Positions 29,789 to 40,041 are shown, numbered from the stretch's first letter. The stretch is 64,000 nt of DNA from Kiritimatiellia bacterium (GCA_050178035.1 JBFXGK010000001.1:128679-192678), one strand, 5' to 3'. A program made the numbers and translations. Notes: generated by a model not told the origin, from the sequence alone.

Positions 29789-31246
29789 ATGAACATGCAG
29801 AAATATGCGGACATTGGCGTGATCGGACTCGCCGTCATGGGCGAGAACCTGATTCTTAATATGGAGTCAAAAGGCTTCACGGTCGCCTGCTTCAACCGCA
29901 CTGCCGCCCGTGTGGAGGAGTTCACCGCCGGCCGCGCAAAAGACAAAAACATCATCGGATGCCGCACGCTCGCAGAACTCGTTGCTTCGCTTCAGAGACC
30001 CCGGAAGATCATGATGATGGTCAGGGCCGGCGCAGCCGTTGATGACCTGATCGAATCCCTCCTTCCCCTGCTCGAACCCGGTGACATCATCATTGATGGC
30101 GGGAATTCCCACTACCCGGACACCATCCGTCGCGTGAAATATGTTGAGCGCAAAGGCCTGCTCTATATCGGCACCGGAATTTCCGGCGGTGAGGAAGGCG
30201 CCCTGACCGGCCCGTCCATCATGCCCGGAGGCTCTCCTGCCGCATGGCCGGCGGTGAAACCGATTTTCCAGAAGATCGCGGCCAGAACCGCCGACGGGGA
30301 AATCTGCTGCGACTGGGTCGGAGAAGGCGGCGCCGGGCATTTTGTGAAGATGGTTCACAACGGCATCGAGTACGGCGACATGCAGCTCATCGCCGAAGCT
30401 TATCATATGATGAAATCCGGCCTGCGCCTCTCCAACGAGGAAATGCACATTATTTTCGCCAACTGGAGCAGCGGTCCGCTGGATTCCTATCTCATCGAAA
30501 TCACGAGCGATATTCTTGCATACCAGGAGGATGGGGATTTCCTCCTCGACAAGATTCTGGATGCCGCAGGACAGAAAGGCACCGGCAAATGGACGGCCGC
30601 CGCGGCGCTCGATCTGGGCCAGCCGCTCACGCTCATCGCGGAGGCGGTTTATGCCAGAGGCCTCTCCGCCCTGAAAGAGGAACGAACCGCAGCCAGCAGG
30701 GTCTATGATTTTCCTCCCGCCATGGTTACCGGGCACACCAGCGAATCAGTCCAGCAGCTTGAATCCGCGCTCTATGCGTCAAAAATCGTCTCCTATGCGC
30801 AGGGCTATCAGCTCATGCGGGCCATGGCCCAGGATCAGAAATGGAATCTCAATTACGGAGGAATCGCGCTCATGTGGCGCGGGGGCTGCATCATCCGGTC
30901 AGCGTTTCTAGGAAAGATCAAGGAGGCCTTTGACCGGAATCCGGAACTCACCAACCTCCTTCTCGATCCGTTCTTCAAGGATGCCATCATAAAGGCGCTT
31001 CCCGGCTGGCGGCGAGTGGTCGCCGGCGGAGCGATGACCGGCATTCCGCTTCCGGCGATGGGCAGCGCCCTTTCCTGGTTCGACGGATATCACAGCGAGA
31101 ATCTCCCGGCCAACCTGATCCAGGCCCAGCGCGATTATTTTGGAGCTCACACGTATGAGCGCACGGACAGGCCGCGCGGCGAGTTCTTTCACACCAACTG
31201 GACCGGACGCGGCGGAACAACGGCCGCCGGCACCTACGGGGCGTAG
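29789..31246 (+). CDS. gnd: 6-phosphogluconate dehydrogenase (decarboxylating)
   Basis: 485 aa; IGVIGLAVMGENLILN Rossmann, full-length Gnd motifs (GAGHFVKMVHNGIEYGDMQLIAE). Confidence 0.95.
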   Translation: MNMQKYADIGVIGLAVMGENLILNMESKGFTVACFNRTAARVEEFTAGRAKDKNIIGCRTLAELVASLQRPRKIMMMVRAGAAVDDLIESLLPLLEPGDIIIDGGNSHYPDTIRRVKYVERKGLLYIGTGISGGEEGALTGPSIMPGGSPAAWPAVKPIFQKIAARTADGEICCDWVGEGGAGHFVKMVHNGIEYGDMQLIAEAYHMMKSGLRLSNEEMHIIFANWSSGPLDSYLIEITSDILAYQEDGDFLLDKILDAAGQKGTGKWTAAAALDLGQPLTLIAEAVYARGLSALKEERTAASRVYDFPPAMVTGHTSESVQQLESALYASKIVSYAQGYQLMRAMAQDQKWNLNYGGIALMWRGGCIIRSAFLGKIKEAFDRNPELTNLLLDPFFKDAIIKALPGWRRVVAGGAMTGIPLPAMGSALSWFDGYHSENLPANLIQAQRDYFGAHTYERTDRPRGEFFHTNWTGRGGTTAAGTYGA

Positions 31247-32643
31247 GATAGAAGATAATCCTTTGCCCACTGGCTGACGACTTCGACATCGCCGGCGCCA
31301 ATCACAAGAAACAGGTCGCCGGGCTGAAGCATTATGCGGGCCTTGTTCCACGCATCCTGAAGCGATTCGGCCAGTTCAACATTCAGCGCGTTTGCCTTTA
31401 AAAAGTGCCCGTGCAAATCGCCAATGCGGCCGCCGTCAAGCGGAGCTTCGGAAGCCGGATAAACCGGTGCGAGAATCAATTGATCAACCCCTGCGCACGC
31501 GGGAACGAACTGTGGGCCGAGCGCCAGTGTGCGCGTGTAGCGGTGCGGCTGAAATACAGCGATAATCCGCTTGTGCGGCTGCATCCGCGCAAGGTCAATG
31601 AGCGCGCGGATTTCCGTGGGATGATGGGCATAGTCCGAAATCACCCGCACGCCATTCAAATCGCAAACCTGCTCAAACCGGCGGCGTGCAAGACGCAGAC
31701 TTGAAAATCCTTTTCTGATTTCATCGAAACTGCACCCGTACAAATGTGCCACCGCCGCCGCACTGGCCGCATTGAGTGCATTGTGCCGGCCCGCGACCGC
31801 ATACGTGAACAGCCCCTGATCATCTCCCCGCCAAAAAAGCCGGATCGTCGCGGAATCGGCCGACATGGTTTCAACAGCCGCACGGCAGTCGGCATCGCCG
31901 GAAAAACCAAAAGTGACACCGCCATTCAAATCGCTGAGGACGCGGCAAAGCCCCGGATCATCTTTGCACCATACAACATTTTTTCGGGCGGCGCGCGCAA
32001 AGGTCAGGAAGCAGTTTTCCATGTCCGCTTCATTTCTGAAATGCTCCATGTGATCGTATTCGATGTTGGTCAGCACGGCCGTCTCGGGCCGGTACAGCGC
32101 AACCGTCCCGTCACTCTCATCAGCCTCCGCAACCAGCAATGGCCCCCCGCCCGCGCCCGCCACGGCGCCATCGCCCGCAACCTCCGCGCCGATGCAGAAT
32201 GACGGATCGCGCCCGCACGCGGTCAGAAGCTGCGCAGTGAATGTGGCGGTCGTGGTTTTCCCGTGCGTGCCCGTAACCGCAATGGAGGCGCGGCCATCGA
32301 TCAGCGCGGCCAGCACGGCTCCGCGCATATAAACCGGGATTCCCTGCTCCCTTGCGCGGCTCACTTCCGGCGCGTTCGATTTCACGGCTGTGGTCCGGAC
32401 AACGGCCGTGACGGTGTCGTCAATGTGCACCGGGTCATGGCCCGTGAAAACTTCTATGCCGTTCGCGCGAAGCCATGCGGTGATGCGGGATTCAAGAAGA
32501 TCGCATCCGGAGACCCGTATGCCGGTTTTGCTGGCGAGAAAGGCAAGGCCGGCCATGCCGACACCGCCAATGCCGACAAAATGCGCGTGACCGCGGCCGG
32601 ACTGAAGCCAGCGCCGGATGGATGGGACGTCGCGTTCCGGCAT
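31234..32643 (-). CDS. murC: UDP-N-acetylmuramate--L-alanine ligase
   Basis: 469 aa; HFVGIGGVGMAGLA, GTHGKTTTA P-loop. Confidence 0.95.
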   Translation of the reverse strand: MPERDVPSIRRWLQSGRGHAHFVGIGGVGMAGLAFLASKTGIRVSGCDLLESRITAWLRANGIEVFTGHDPVHIDDTVTAVVRTTAVKSNAPEVSRAREQGIPVYMRGAVLAALIDGRASIAVTGTHGKTTTATFTAQLLTACGRDPSFCIGAEVAGDGAVAGAGGGPLLVAEADESDGTVALYRPETAVLTNIEYDHMEHFRNEADMENCFLTFARAARKNVVWCKDDPGLCRVLSDLNGGVTFGFSGDADCRAAVETMSADSATIRLFWRGDDQGLFTYAVAGRHNALNAASAAAVAHLYGCSFDEIRKGFSSLRLARRRFEQVCDLNGVRVISDYAHHPTEIRALIDLARMQPHKRIIAVFQPHRYTRTLALGPQFVPACAGVDQLILAPVYPASEAPLDGGRIGDLHGHFLKANALNVELAESLQDAWNKARIMLQPGDLFLVIGAGDVEVVSQWAKDYLLSYAP

Positions 32644-33749
32644 CAGACCGGCTCCCGGCTCCCGGTGGCGGTCTGCTCAACCAGGTCCGCCAAAGCCTCG
32701 GCACCGCGTCCGCTGGAGCGCTTTCGGGCTGCCGCACTCATGGCAGTCAAACGTTCCGGCGACACGAGAATCCTGGAGAGATAATCCACCAGAAATTCGC
32801 AAGTCATGTCTTTTTCATCCACAACATCGGCGGCCTGCTTCTTTTCGATGGCGCGGGCATTGGCCGTCTGGTGATCCTTGGCCGCGAACGGATAAGGAAC
32901 CAGAAGCGCGGGGATTCCAAATGCCGAAAGTTCAGCGCAGGAGGCCGCGCCGGAGCGGCAGATGGCCAGATGGGTTTTCGCATAAACCGGGGCCATGTGC
33001 TGAATGAAAGCCTCGACGCTATGAGGAACACCCGTTTCCTCATAGAGGCTCCGCACTTCTTTTTCATCAGGAATACCGGTCAGGTGAATCACTTCAACCG
33101 GGATCCCCTTCCGGTGCACTTCGCAGATCGCACGGGACGCGACCTCATTCAGTTTTCGCGCTCCGCGGCTGCCGCCCATGATCAGAACCGTGAAGGGGCC
33201 ATCGGCAGGTTTGCGCGGAATATCGCCGGCAGCCGCATCTTCAAGCTCCTTGCGGAGGGGCATGCCCGTGAGCACAATATCCTTGCGTTTCAGATAATAC
33301 CGGGTTTCCTCAAAGCATCCGGCCACAGCCGAGGCGCGGCGGGCGTACAGGGCCGTTGTGCGGCCGGGCAAAACGTTGGACTCGTGCAGCACCACCGGGA
33401 TCTTCAGCCGGAGGGCCGCCCCAACCGGCCCGACGGAAGCATAGCTGCCCATGGCGAGCACCACATCCGGACGGTCATTGCGCATGATCTTCCGGCACTT
33501 GAGGATGGCGGCCATCAGCTGCCACGCGGCCCCGAGCGCTTTCAGAGAAAATCCGTGAGGGAATCCGCGGGCTTTCACGGTGAGAACGGGCCCGTCCCAT
33601 CCGGCCAGGGCCGTGCTTTCGACATCCTTGCCGGACATCCAGAGGGTGACTTCATGCCCGCGGGCCCGGAGAACATGCGCCGTGGCCATGCCGGGGAAAA
33701 TGTGTCCGCCGGTGCCGCCGCAAGCCAAAGCTATTTTCAGTTTCTTCAT
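32643..33749 (-). CDS. murG: undecaprenyldiphospho-muramoylpentapeptide beta-N-acetylglucosaminyltransferase
   Basis: 368 aa; GGTGGHIFP N-terminal motif, GT-B fold. Confidence 0.95.
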   Translation of the reverse strand: MKKLKIALACGGTGGHIFPGMATAHVLRARGHEVTLWMSGKDVESTALAGWDGPVLTVKARGFPHGFSLKALGAAWQLMAAILKCRKIMRNDRPDVVLAMGSYASVGPVGAALRLKIPVVLHESNVLPGRTTALYARRASAVAGCFEETRYYLKRKDIVLTGMPLRKELEDAAAGDIPRKPADGPFTVLIMGGSRGARKLNEVASRAICEVHRKGIPVEVIHLTGIPDEKEVRSLYEETGVPHSVEAFIQHMAPVYAKTHLAICRSGAASCAELSAFGIPALLVPYPFAAKDHQTANARAIEKKQAADVVDEKDMTCEFLVDYLSRILVSPERLTAMSAAARKRSSGRGAEALADLVEQTATGSREPV

Positions 33750-33788
33750 GTGTTCAAATCCGGCGGCACATCATAGCGGGAGAGCCGC

Positions 33789-35105
33789 TTAAATAAAGTT
33801 CAATCTGCCCTGCTCCAATTCCAGCACCTCGCCCGCCAGATACAGCGAACCGGTGATGCAAACCATCCCGCCGTTTTCCGCGGCCCATTTTTTGGCCGAT
33901 GCCAGCGCCTCCGGAAGCGCAGCCGTTTCGCAGGGAATCTGATGCCTCCGTAAAACCGAAACAATATCCGCAACCGGGCGGGCGCGCTCGCCGTGAAGCT
34001 GGACAGCCCACGCATGTTCGGCCATACGGCTGAAGTGTTTCAAAAACCCGTCCGCATCCTTGTCAGCCAGAAAGCTGACCACCAGACGCAGCGGGCGCTT
34101 GCCCTTCAGGCTCTTCAATGTGCGCGCGAGGGCTTCCCCGCCGTCTGTATTGTGGGCGCCGTCGAGGATGACCGGCGGCTCGCGGCTGAGGATCTGGCAC
34201 CGCGCGGGCCAGAATGTTTTTTCCAGGCCCTTTTTGATCACCTCGGGAGGGATGTCCGTTCCAAGGCGGTCCGCAAGTGTTTCCAGGGCTGCGACGGCAA
34301 TTGCCGTATTCTCAAGCTGATGATCGCCAAGCAGCGGAAGCAGAACCGGCGGACAGCTCCCCTGCTGCGTTTCGATGCTGATCCGCTGGCCGTCCAGATC
34401 CTGATTCATGCGGCGCACCGACGCGTATTGGGCGGCATCCACGGCAGGAGCTCCCAGTTCCTTTGCGCGGCGCAGAATGACCGCAGAGGCCTCTTCCGGC
34501 ATTTTCCCGAAAACAACCGGTACGCCGGGTTTGATGATGCCGCTTTTTTCGCCGGCAATCTTTTCCAGCGTGCTGCCCAGATACTCCATGTGATCCATGC
34601 CGATGCGCGTGATGACAGAAACCAGCGGAGTGATCACATTCGTGGAATCCCACGTCCCGCCCATGCCGGTTTCAATGACCGATATTTCCGCATTCTGCCG
34701 CGCGAAATATTCAAAGGCGAGCGCCGTGGCTATTTCAAAAAAGGTGGCGGGCCTCAGTCCGTGCTTTTGAGAAACCGCATCGGCGGCCGCATCCGAATTT
34801 TCCAGAAGCGCGGCCAGTTCTTCATCCGCAATGGGCTGTCCGGCAATGCGGAAGCGTTCGTTGAAGCGGACCAGATGGGGCGAAGTGTAGAACGCGGTCC
34901 TGATGCCGGCGGCGCGCAGCACGGATTCGACCATGGCCGCCACCGAGCCCTTCCCGTTGGTTCCCGCGACATGGACGCAGGGGATTTTCCGGTGAGGATT
35001 TCCGAGTTCCGCAAGGATGGCTTCCGTGACCTCCAAGCCGGGCTTGATTCCAAAGGCTGTGCGCCGGAAAAGTTTTTCCAGCGCATCCGGAAGCGAAATG
35101 CTCAC
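33789..35105 (-). CDS. folC: bifunctional folylpolyglutamate synthase / dihydrofolate synthase
   Basis: 438 aa; VAGTNGKGS P-loop and Mur-ligase family architecture. Confidence 0.9.
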   Translation of the reverse strand: MSISLPDALEKLFRRTAFGIKPGLEVTEAILAELGNPHRKIPCVHVAGTNGKGSVAAMVESVLRAAGIRTAFYTSPHLVRFNERFRIAGQPIADEELAALLENSDAAADAVSQKHGLRPATFFEIATALAFEYFARQNAEISVIETGMGGTWDSTNVITPLVSVITRIGMDHMEYLGSTLEKIAGEKSGIIKPGVPVVFGKMPEEASAVILRRAKELGAPAVDAAQYASVRRMNQDLDGQRISIETQQGSCPPVLLPLLGDHQLENTAIAVAALETLADRLGTDIPPEVIKKGLEKTFWPARCQILSREPPVILDGAHNTDGGEALARTLKSLKGKRPLRLVVSFLADKDADGFLKHFSRMAEHAWAVQLHGERARPVADIVSVLRRHQIPCETAALPEALASAKKWAAENGGMVCITGSLYLAGEVLELEQGRLNFI

Positions 35106-35971
35106 GATGCCTTGGCCTCACCCGGACGCGACGGACGGAAAAAGTCCAGGAGCTGGATCAGTGTGGACTTGAGTTCCTTGCGGTTCACCACCATGTCCAG
35201 CAGGCCGTGCTTGAGCAGGAATTCCGATTTCTGGAAACCGTCCGGCAGATCCTGCTGTGTCGTTTCCTTGATGACGCGCGGGCCGGCAAAGCCGATCAGC
35301 GCATCGGGTTCGGCCACGATGACATCGCCCAGCGTGGCAAAGCTGGCCATGACGCCGGCCATGGTCGGATGCGTCAGCACAGGAATGTAGGGAAGCCCCG
35401 CGGCCGCGTGGCGCGCCAGCGCGCCGCTGGTCTTGGCCATTTGCATCAGGCTGAAGAGCCCCTCGTACATGCGCGCGCCGCCGGAGGTGCAGACGATCAC
35501 CACTGGAAGCCGCTCGGCAGTTCCGCGCTCGATCAGGCGGGTGATTTTTTCGCCTACGACAGAACCCATGCTGGCGCCGAGGAAATCAAAATCCATCACG
35601 GCAAACGCCACCGCATGCTCGCCCATGCGCCCCTTGCCGCAGAGCACTGCATCCTTGCGGCCGGTTTTCTTCATGTTGGATTCCAGCTTGGAGACATAAG
35701 AGGAAGTGCCGGTGAACTCCAGCAGGTCCATGGACTCCAGGCCGGCGTCCCATTCCTCAAAGGACTTGGGCTCGAGAAGCATTTCGAGGCGCTCGGTGCA
35801 GCTCAGCGGAAAATGGAATCCGCATTTCGCGCAGACCCCGTGCTCCCGGTGCATCTGCTTGCGGTACACCATTTCGCCGCACGAGGGGCACTTGGTCCAC
35901 AAGCCGTCCGGGATATCCCTCTTCTCCGACGTCAGCCTTGCTATTTTCTTCCTGAAAAACGGAAACATCAT
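35102..35971 (-). CDS. accD: acetyl-CoA carboxylase carboxyltransferase subunit beta
   Basis: 289 aa; N-terminal zinc ribbon CPSCGEMVY...CAKCGFHF and CT-beta domain. Confidence 0.95.
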   Translation of the reverse strand: MMFPFFRKKIARLTSEKRDIPDGLWTKCPSCGEMVYRKQMHREHGVCAKCGFHFPLSCTERLEMLLEPKSFEEWDAGLESMDLLEFTGTSSYVSKLESNMKKTGRKDAVLCGKGRMGEHAVAFAVMDFDFLGASMGSVVGEKITRLIERGTAERLPVVIVCTSGGARMYEGLFSLMQMAKTSGALARHAAAGLPYIPVLTHPTMAGVMASFATLGDVIVAEPDALIGFAGPRVIKETTQQDLPDGFQKSEFLLKHGLLDMVVNRKELKSTLIQLLDFFRPSRPGEAKAS

Positions 35972-35979
35972 TTCTCCTC

Positions 35980-36690
35980 TTAACCGCGGGCCACGGTCAG
36001 CACATAAACCCTCGCGGCGCCGCTGTTCTTGAGCGCCCTGGATGCCTCATGCACCGTGGCTCCGGTGGTCATGACATCATCAATCAAAAGAATTCGCTTA
36101 CCCTCAATCCAGCCGCGGCTGACGGCCGAAAAAGCATCCTTGACGTTAGCCAGCCGATCCCCCGCTGTCAAATCCGTTTGCGTGGGAGTTGCGCGGATAC
36201 GCCGGAAACCCTTTGAGATAAAAGGCTTGTGCATGAGCTTTGCAAGCTCCGCCGCGAGCACCTTGGACTGGTTATAGCCGCGCTGACGCTGACGGGCGCC
36301 GTACAGGGGCACGGCGCAGATCACGTCAATGGATTCCGCGTCGAAGTGGGCGCGCGCGCAGATTTCAAGTATCCGGGCCAGATCGCGCACCAGCCAGACG
36401 GCATCATGATATTTCAGGTCGCGGAGCATCTGCCGCACGACCCCCTCGTAGCGCGCTACCGACCGCGCCTTGTCGAAAGCCGGATGGTTGTCCGCGCAGA
36501 AGGAGCAGATGTATTCGTGGTCGATGAATCCCGACACCGGATCCCCGCACTGCGAACAGAACGGAGGCTGGATGAACAGGATCGAGGCCTGGCAGTCCCA
36601 GCAGAGATAAGGGGAATTTTCCGGGGCCTGTGCGCCGCATCCCGTACAGGCGCGCGGATACACAATATCCAGGATCGCGCCCGGGTTCAT
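35980..36690 (-). CDS. comF: ComF family protein (phosphoribosyltransferase-like)
   Basis: C-terminal 236 aa of ORF 35980..37428 from MNPGAILDIV; Cys pairs N-terminally, PRTase motif ILLIDDVMTTGAT. Upstream part of the ORF overlaps the CPBP gene and is rejected. ATGA overlap at 36687-36690. Confidence 0.8.
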   Translation of the reverse strand: MNPGAILDIVYPRACTGCGAQAPENSPYLCWDCQASILFIQPPFCSQCGDPVSGFIDHEYICSFCADNHPAFDKARSVARYEGVVRQMLRDLKYHDAVWLVRDLARILEICARAHFDAESIDVICAVPLYGARQRQRGYNQSKVLAAELAKLMHKPFISKGFRRIRATPTQTDLTAGDRLANVKDAFSAVSRGWIEGKRILLIDDVMTTGATVHEASRALKNSGAARVYVLTVARG

Positions 36691-37634
36691 GCTGCGACCA
36701 TCTTTTGTTTGCGGGCGTACAGCAGGACGGCCGCCGTGAAAAAGAGAATCACCTCGAGGATGGCCATGCCGCTCTTGGCCACGGACATGCTCGGCCCGAA
36801 CATCATCACCAGCACATTGTCGTCGCGGTCCAGCAGATAGCCGCCGATGCGCATCAGCCAGACCCAGCCGGCGTGAAGGCCGATTGCCAGATACAGATTG
36901 CCGTAGGCGGCATACAGATAGCAGAGCGTCATGCTCATGAAGAAAACGGTGATGAACATGAAACCGAACTCCCAGCGCATGTCCAGGTCGGTGATTAAAT
37001 ATGGGAACATCTGAAAGCCCGAATACCAGTGGCCGCGGACAACGCCGACCGCCGGCTCCGGCGTCGCGAAATGCGCGAACGCGAAAACAAAGCTCAGCAG
37101 CAGGGCGGCGGGCAGAAGTTTCATGCTCTTGCGCAGCATCCCCAGCGCCGCGCCGCGGAAAAGAATCTCCTCGATAATCCCGACCACCACCGCGCCGATC
37201 ATGTAGCTGATGACCTTCCCCACAAGCGGCCAGCCGATGCGGCCGGGAAGATAAAACATCGCGCCCGACGCCCAGCCCGTCAGCAGGAGGACAATCATTG
37301 AAACCGTTCCAATGCTCCAGCCCGACCAGAAAAGTTTCACGCCGCGATGATCCCGGGAAAGGCCGAGCGCCTTCCAGTTGTTGAGGCCGGTGATGCGGAT
37401 GGCCGGATAAAGCGCCAGCAAAACGCAAACCAGCACGCAGCGGTTCATCACCTTCTCGAATTCGGTCTTGCGCAGGCTTTCAAGCCACGCGAACTCGCGG
37501 CCGAGCCAGGTGACCAGATTGAAAACCGGAGGCGCGAGCAGCGTGCCCGCGACCAGCGCCAAAGCGAAAAACAGCAGCGCGGCCACACCCGGCCGGCATG
37601 CCGTCCATTTCCGTTCTGTAGGCGACAACGTCAT
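36687..37634 (-). CDS. CPBP family intramembrane metalloprotease (CAAX protease-like)
   Basis: ORF 36687..37865; start set to ATG at 37634 (MTLSPTERK); EEILFRG motif and polytopic membrane profile. The Lys-rich N-terminal extension in the track is translation of the T-tract array. Confidence 0.75.
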   Translation of the reverse strand: MTLSPTERKWTACRPGVAALLFFALALVAGTLLAPPVFNLVTWLGREFAWLESLRKTEFEKVMNRCVLVCVLLALYPAIRITGLNNWKALGLSRDHRGVKLFWSGWSIGTVSMIVLLLTGWASGAMFYLPGRIGWPLVGKVISYMIGAVVVGIIEEILFRGAALGMLRKSMKLLPAALLLSFVFAFAHFATPEPAVGVVRGHWYSGFQMFPYLITDLDMRWEFGFMFITVFFMSMTLCYLYAAYGNLYLAIGLHAGWVWLMRIGGYLLDRDDNVLVMMFGPSMSVAKSGMAILEVILFFTAAVLLYARKQKMVAA

Positions 37635-37707
37635 TTGAAGCAGAGAATGACTGTAAACATGGCGTTTCGCAATCCATTTTGCGGCATCCCTTGAAAAGCA
37701 TAAAAAT

Positions 37708-37800
37708 GCGGTTTTAACCTGTTTTTGGCCATTTTTGAGCATTATTAGCCGTTTTTTGGCCTTTTTGAGCACTTTTTGGGCATTTTTAAGAGAATTTTCA
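37708..37800. repeat. phased T-tract array (best example)
   Basis: gcggttttaacctgtttttggccatttttgagcattattagccgttttttggcctttttgagcactttttgggcatttttaagagaattttca; T runs start at about 37712, 37722, 37732, 37752, 37762, 37773, 37784, 37795. Confidence 0.55.
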
Positions 37801-37928
37801 CCATTATGAAGATTTATCGCGCAGACTTGTCCGCCTATGGTGGAGGCGCAGTGACGCAGAGGCAACAGATATTCTGAATGCTTCCTTCGGCCTAAAGGAC
37901 TACAGCCTAAAAGACTTCTTCCCCGGAA

Positions 37929-38666
37929 TCAGGCTTTGAGTTTGCGGTTAAGGGCGTACATGGCGATGCTGCCGGCCACGGAGGCGTTGAGGGAGTTGAT
38001 CTGGCCGTGCTGTTCGATGCGGACCACATAATCCGCCATGTTCAGGATGTACTGGCCGACGGACTTGTCTTCGCCGCCGATCACCAGCATCACGCGGTCA
38101 TTCGCGGAAACATTCACCTCTTCCAGCGCGGTCTTTCCGGCCCCGTCGAGCGCAATGATGGTGAAGCCCGCCTCATGAGCCTTGCGCGCGTAGAGGTTGG
38201 CCGCGGAATCCTTGCAGATTTTCAGAAACTCGGTTGCGCCCGCCGAGACCTTGACCACCGAGGGATAGATGTCCGGCACGCCCTTCATCGGCGCCAGAAT
38301 GCTGCTGAAGCCGAAAATTTCCGCCGTGCGGAGGATCGCGCCGACGTTATGCGGGTCTTCGACATTATCGAGCAGAAGCACGCGCTGCGCGCTGATCACT
38401 TCCTCAAAGGAAACGTACGGATAGGTGCTGGAGCGGATGACAGCCCCCTGGTTGTCCTTGCTTCCGGACAGGTCCATCACGCGCCCCTTCTCCACCCACT
38501 CCACCGGAATCTCCTTGCGGACGAGATATTCCTCCAGCTTCTTGATGCGGGGATTGTTTGCGGATGAAAGACTGAGAAACGCCTGCTTGATGTTTCGACG
38601 CCCGGCGCGCACCACCTCGAATATCGGGTTGATTCCGTAAATATACTCGACGGAGCGCTGGCTCAT
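37929..38666 (-). CDS. rlmB: 23S rRNA 2'-O-ribose methyltransferase, SpoU/TrmH family (RlmB-like)
   Basis: ORF 37929..38822; start set to ATG at 38666 (MSQRSVEYIYG) just after efp stop; SPOUT motifs (LLLDNVEDPHNVGAILRTAE, VIGGEDKSV, SLNASVAGSI). Confidence 0.8.
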   Translation of the reverse strand: MSQRSVEYIYGINPIFEVVRAGRRNIKQAFLSLSSANNPRIKKLEEYLVRKEIPVEWVEKGRVMDLSGSKDNQGAVIRSSTYPYVSFEEVISAQRVLLLDNVEDPHNVGAILRTAEIFGFSSILAPMKGVPDIYPSVVKVSAGATEFLKICKDSAANLYARKAHEAGFTIIALDGAGKTALEEVNVSANDRVMLVIGGEDKSVGQYILNMADYVVRIEQHGQINSLNASVAGSIAMYALNRKLKA

Positions 38667-38668
38667 GG

Positions 38669-39235
38669 TCAGGCCCTTGAGACGAAGGCTTTGGTGCGGG
38701 TGTCCACGCGAATCACTTCGCCCTGCGATATATATTCGGGAACAAGAACCGTGAGCCCGGTGGTCATGGTCGCCGGCTTGTTCCGCGCGGTGGCGGAGGC
38801 GCCCTTGATGGACGGATCGCACTGTTCAATTTTCATCTCGACCACGTCCGGCATGCGGATGCAGAGCACGCGGCCGTCGCTCATCAAAGCGGTGATGCCC
38901 TCCATGTCCTCGACCAGATAAGGAATGGCATCCTCAATATCCGCCTCGTTCAGTTCAAACTGCGAATAATCCTCCACATCCATGAAGGTATAGATATCGC
39001 CGTTCTTGTAGAGATACTGGACCTCGCGCGTGTCAAAATCGGCCTCCTTGAACGGGTCATCGCCCCGCAGGGTCTGGTCCACCTTCTGCTGCGTCTTGAT
39101 GTTGCGGAAGCGGATTTTATAGAGCGTTGCCCCGCCGCGCGCAGAGGGGGTCTGCACGACGATGTTTTCCACCGTATGCGGCGCACCTGCGATTTCCACA
39201 ACCGAATTCTTTGTAATGTTGCATGCCTTGATCAC
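38669..39235 (-). CDS. efp: elongation factor P
   Basis: 188 aa; full-length EF-P with KPG-equivalent region and OB domains. Confidence 0.95.
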   Translation of the reverse strand: MIKACNITKNSVVEIAGAPHTVENIVVQTPSARGGATLYKIRFRNIKTQQKVDQTLRGDDPFKEADFDTREVQYLYKNGDIYTFMDVEDYSQFELNEADIEDAIPYLVEDMEGITALMSDGRVLCIRMPDVVEMKIEQCDPSIKGASATARNKPATMTTGLTVLVPEYISQGEVIRVDTRTKAFVSRA

Positions 39236-39309
39236 AGCTTCTTCTCCTGTTCCAACGGGGGCGCAGTGTAGAACATGGAGCCCGCGCGTGCAATCCGAAG
39301 GTTAAACTT

Positions 39310-40041
39310 TCATTCCGGAAGCACTTCGAAATCGCACACCAGCGGGAGATGGTCTGAAAGCGTGACATGCGGCGCCCAGAAGCAGGTGGGCCGGATCCGG
39401 GGGCTGTGCAGGATGAAATCCAGCGACCGCTTTGGCGCCCAGCTTGGATGCGTGGGCAGGCCGGGCGGGCCGGCCTGCGTCAGGCCCGAGGCCGCCAGAA
39501 AAAGACTGATTTCGACGTCGCCCCAGAACGCGTTGAAATCTCCGGCCACGATGAGCGGCTTCTTTGTGTTGCGCACAAGCTGGTACAAATGCTCAAGCTG
39601 ATGGTGCCGGATCTTGAAGCCGAGCGCGAGGTGCACGAGGAAAATCGTGACGTTCTCCAGTTCCAGTTCGATGACCAGTCTTTTCATTCCGCGGGCAAAA
39701 TAGTGGAATTTCAATTCGGCAAAGGAGTCCTTTGTGACAAACGCGTTCCCCTGCTTGTTCAAAAGCGGCAGGCGGTTGGCCAGATGCGTTTCATGATATT
39801 TCGACGCATAGGCGTGGTAATGACCGAGGCGCGAGGCGATGAGTTCGGCCTGGTTGTTGCGGGCGGAACGGTAAGACCCGGCATCCACCTCGACGAGTCC
39901 GATAACGTCCGGATTCAGCGTGTGGAAGAAGCTGATGATTTCCTCCAGGTTGGCGTTGGTCCGACGGAGATAGTTCATAAAGGGAACCACCCGGCTCCGT
40001 CCGCCGGTGGCATAGCACATGTTGTAGAGCACAAACCTCAT
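39310..40041 (-). CDS. endonuclease/exonuclease/phosphatase (EEP) family protein
   Basis: 243 aa; EEP catalytic motifs (IGLVEVD, AGDFN, SDHLPL). Confidence 0.75.
   Translation of the reverse strand: MRFVLYNMCYATGGRSRVVPFMNYLRRTNANLEEIISFFHTLNPDVIGLVEVDAGSYRSARNNQAELIASRLGHYHAYASKYHETHLANRLPLLNKQGNAFVTKDSFAELKFHYFARGMKRLVIELELENVTIFLVHLALGFKIRHHQLEHLYQLVRNTKKPLIVAGDFNAFWGDVEISLFLAASGLTQAGPPGLPTHPSWAPKRSLDFILHSPRIRPTCFWAPHVTLSDHLPLVCDFEVLPE

Noticed and set aside
35980-37428. 482-aa ORF as one protein
   Set aside because: Upstream 246 aa overlap the CPBP protease gene in another frame; only the C-terminal 236 aa from MNPGAIL (ATG at 36690) form a ComF-like protein.
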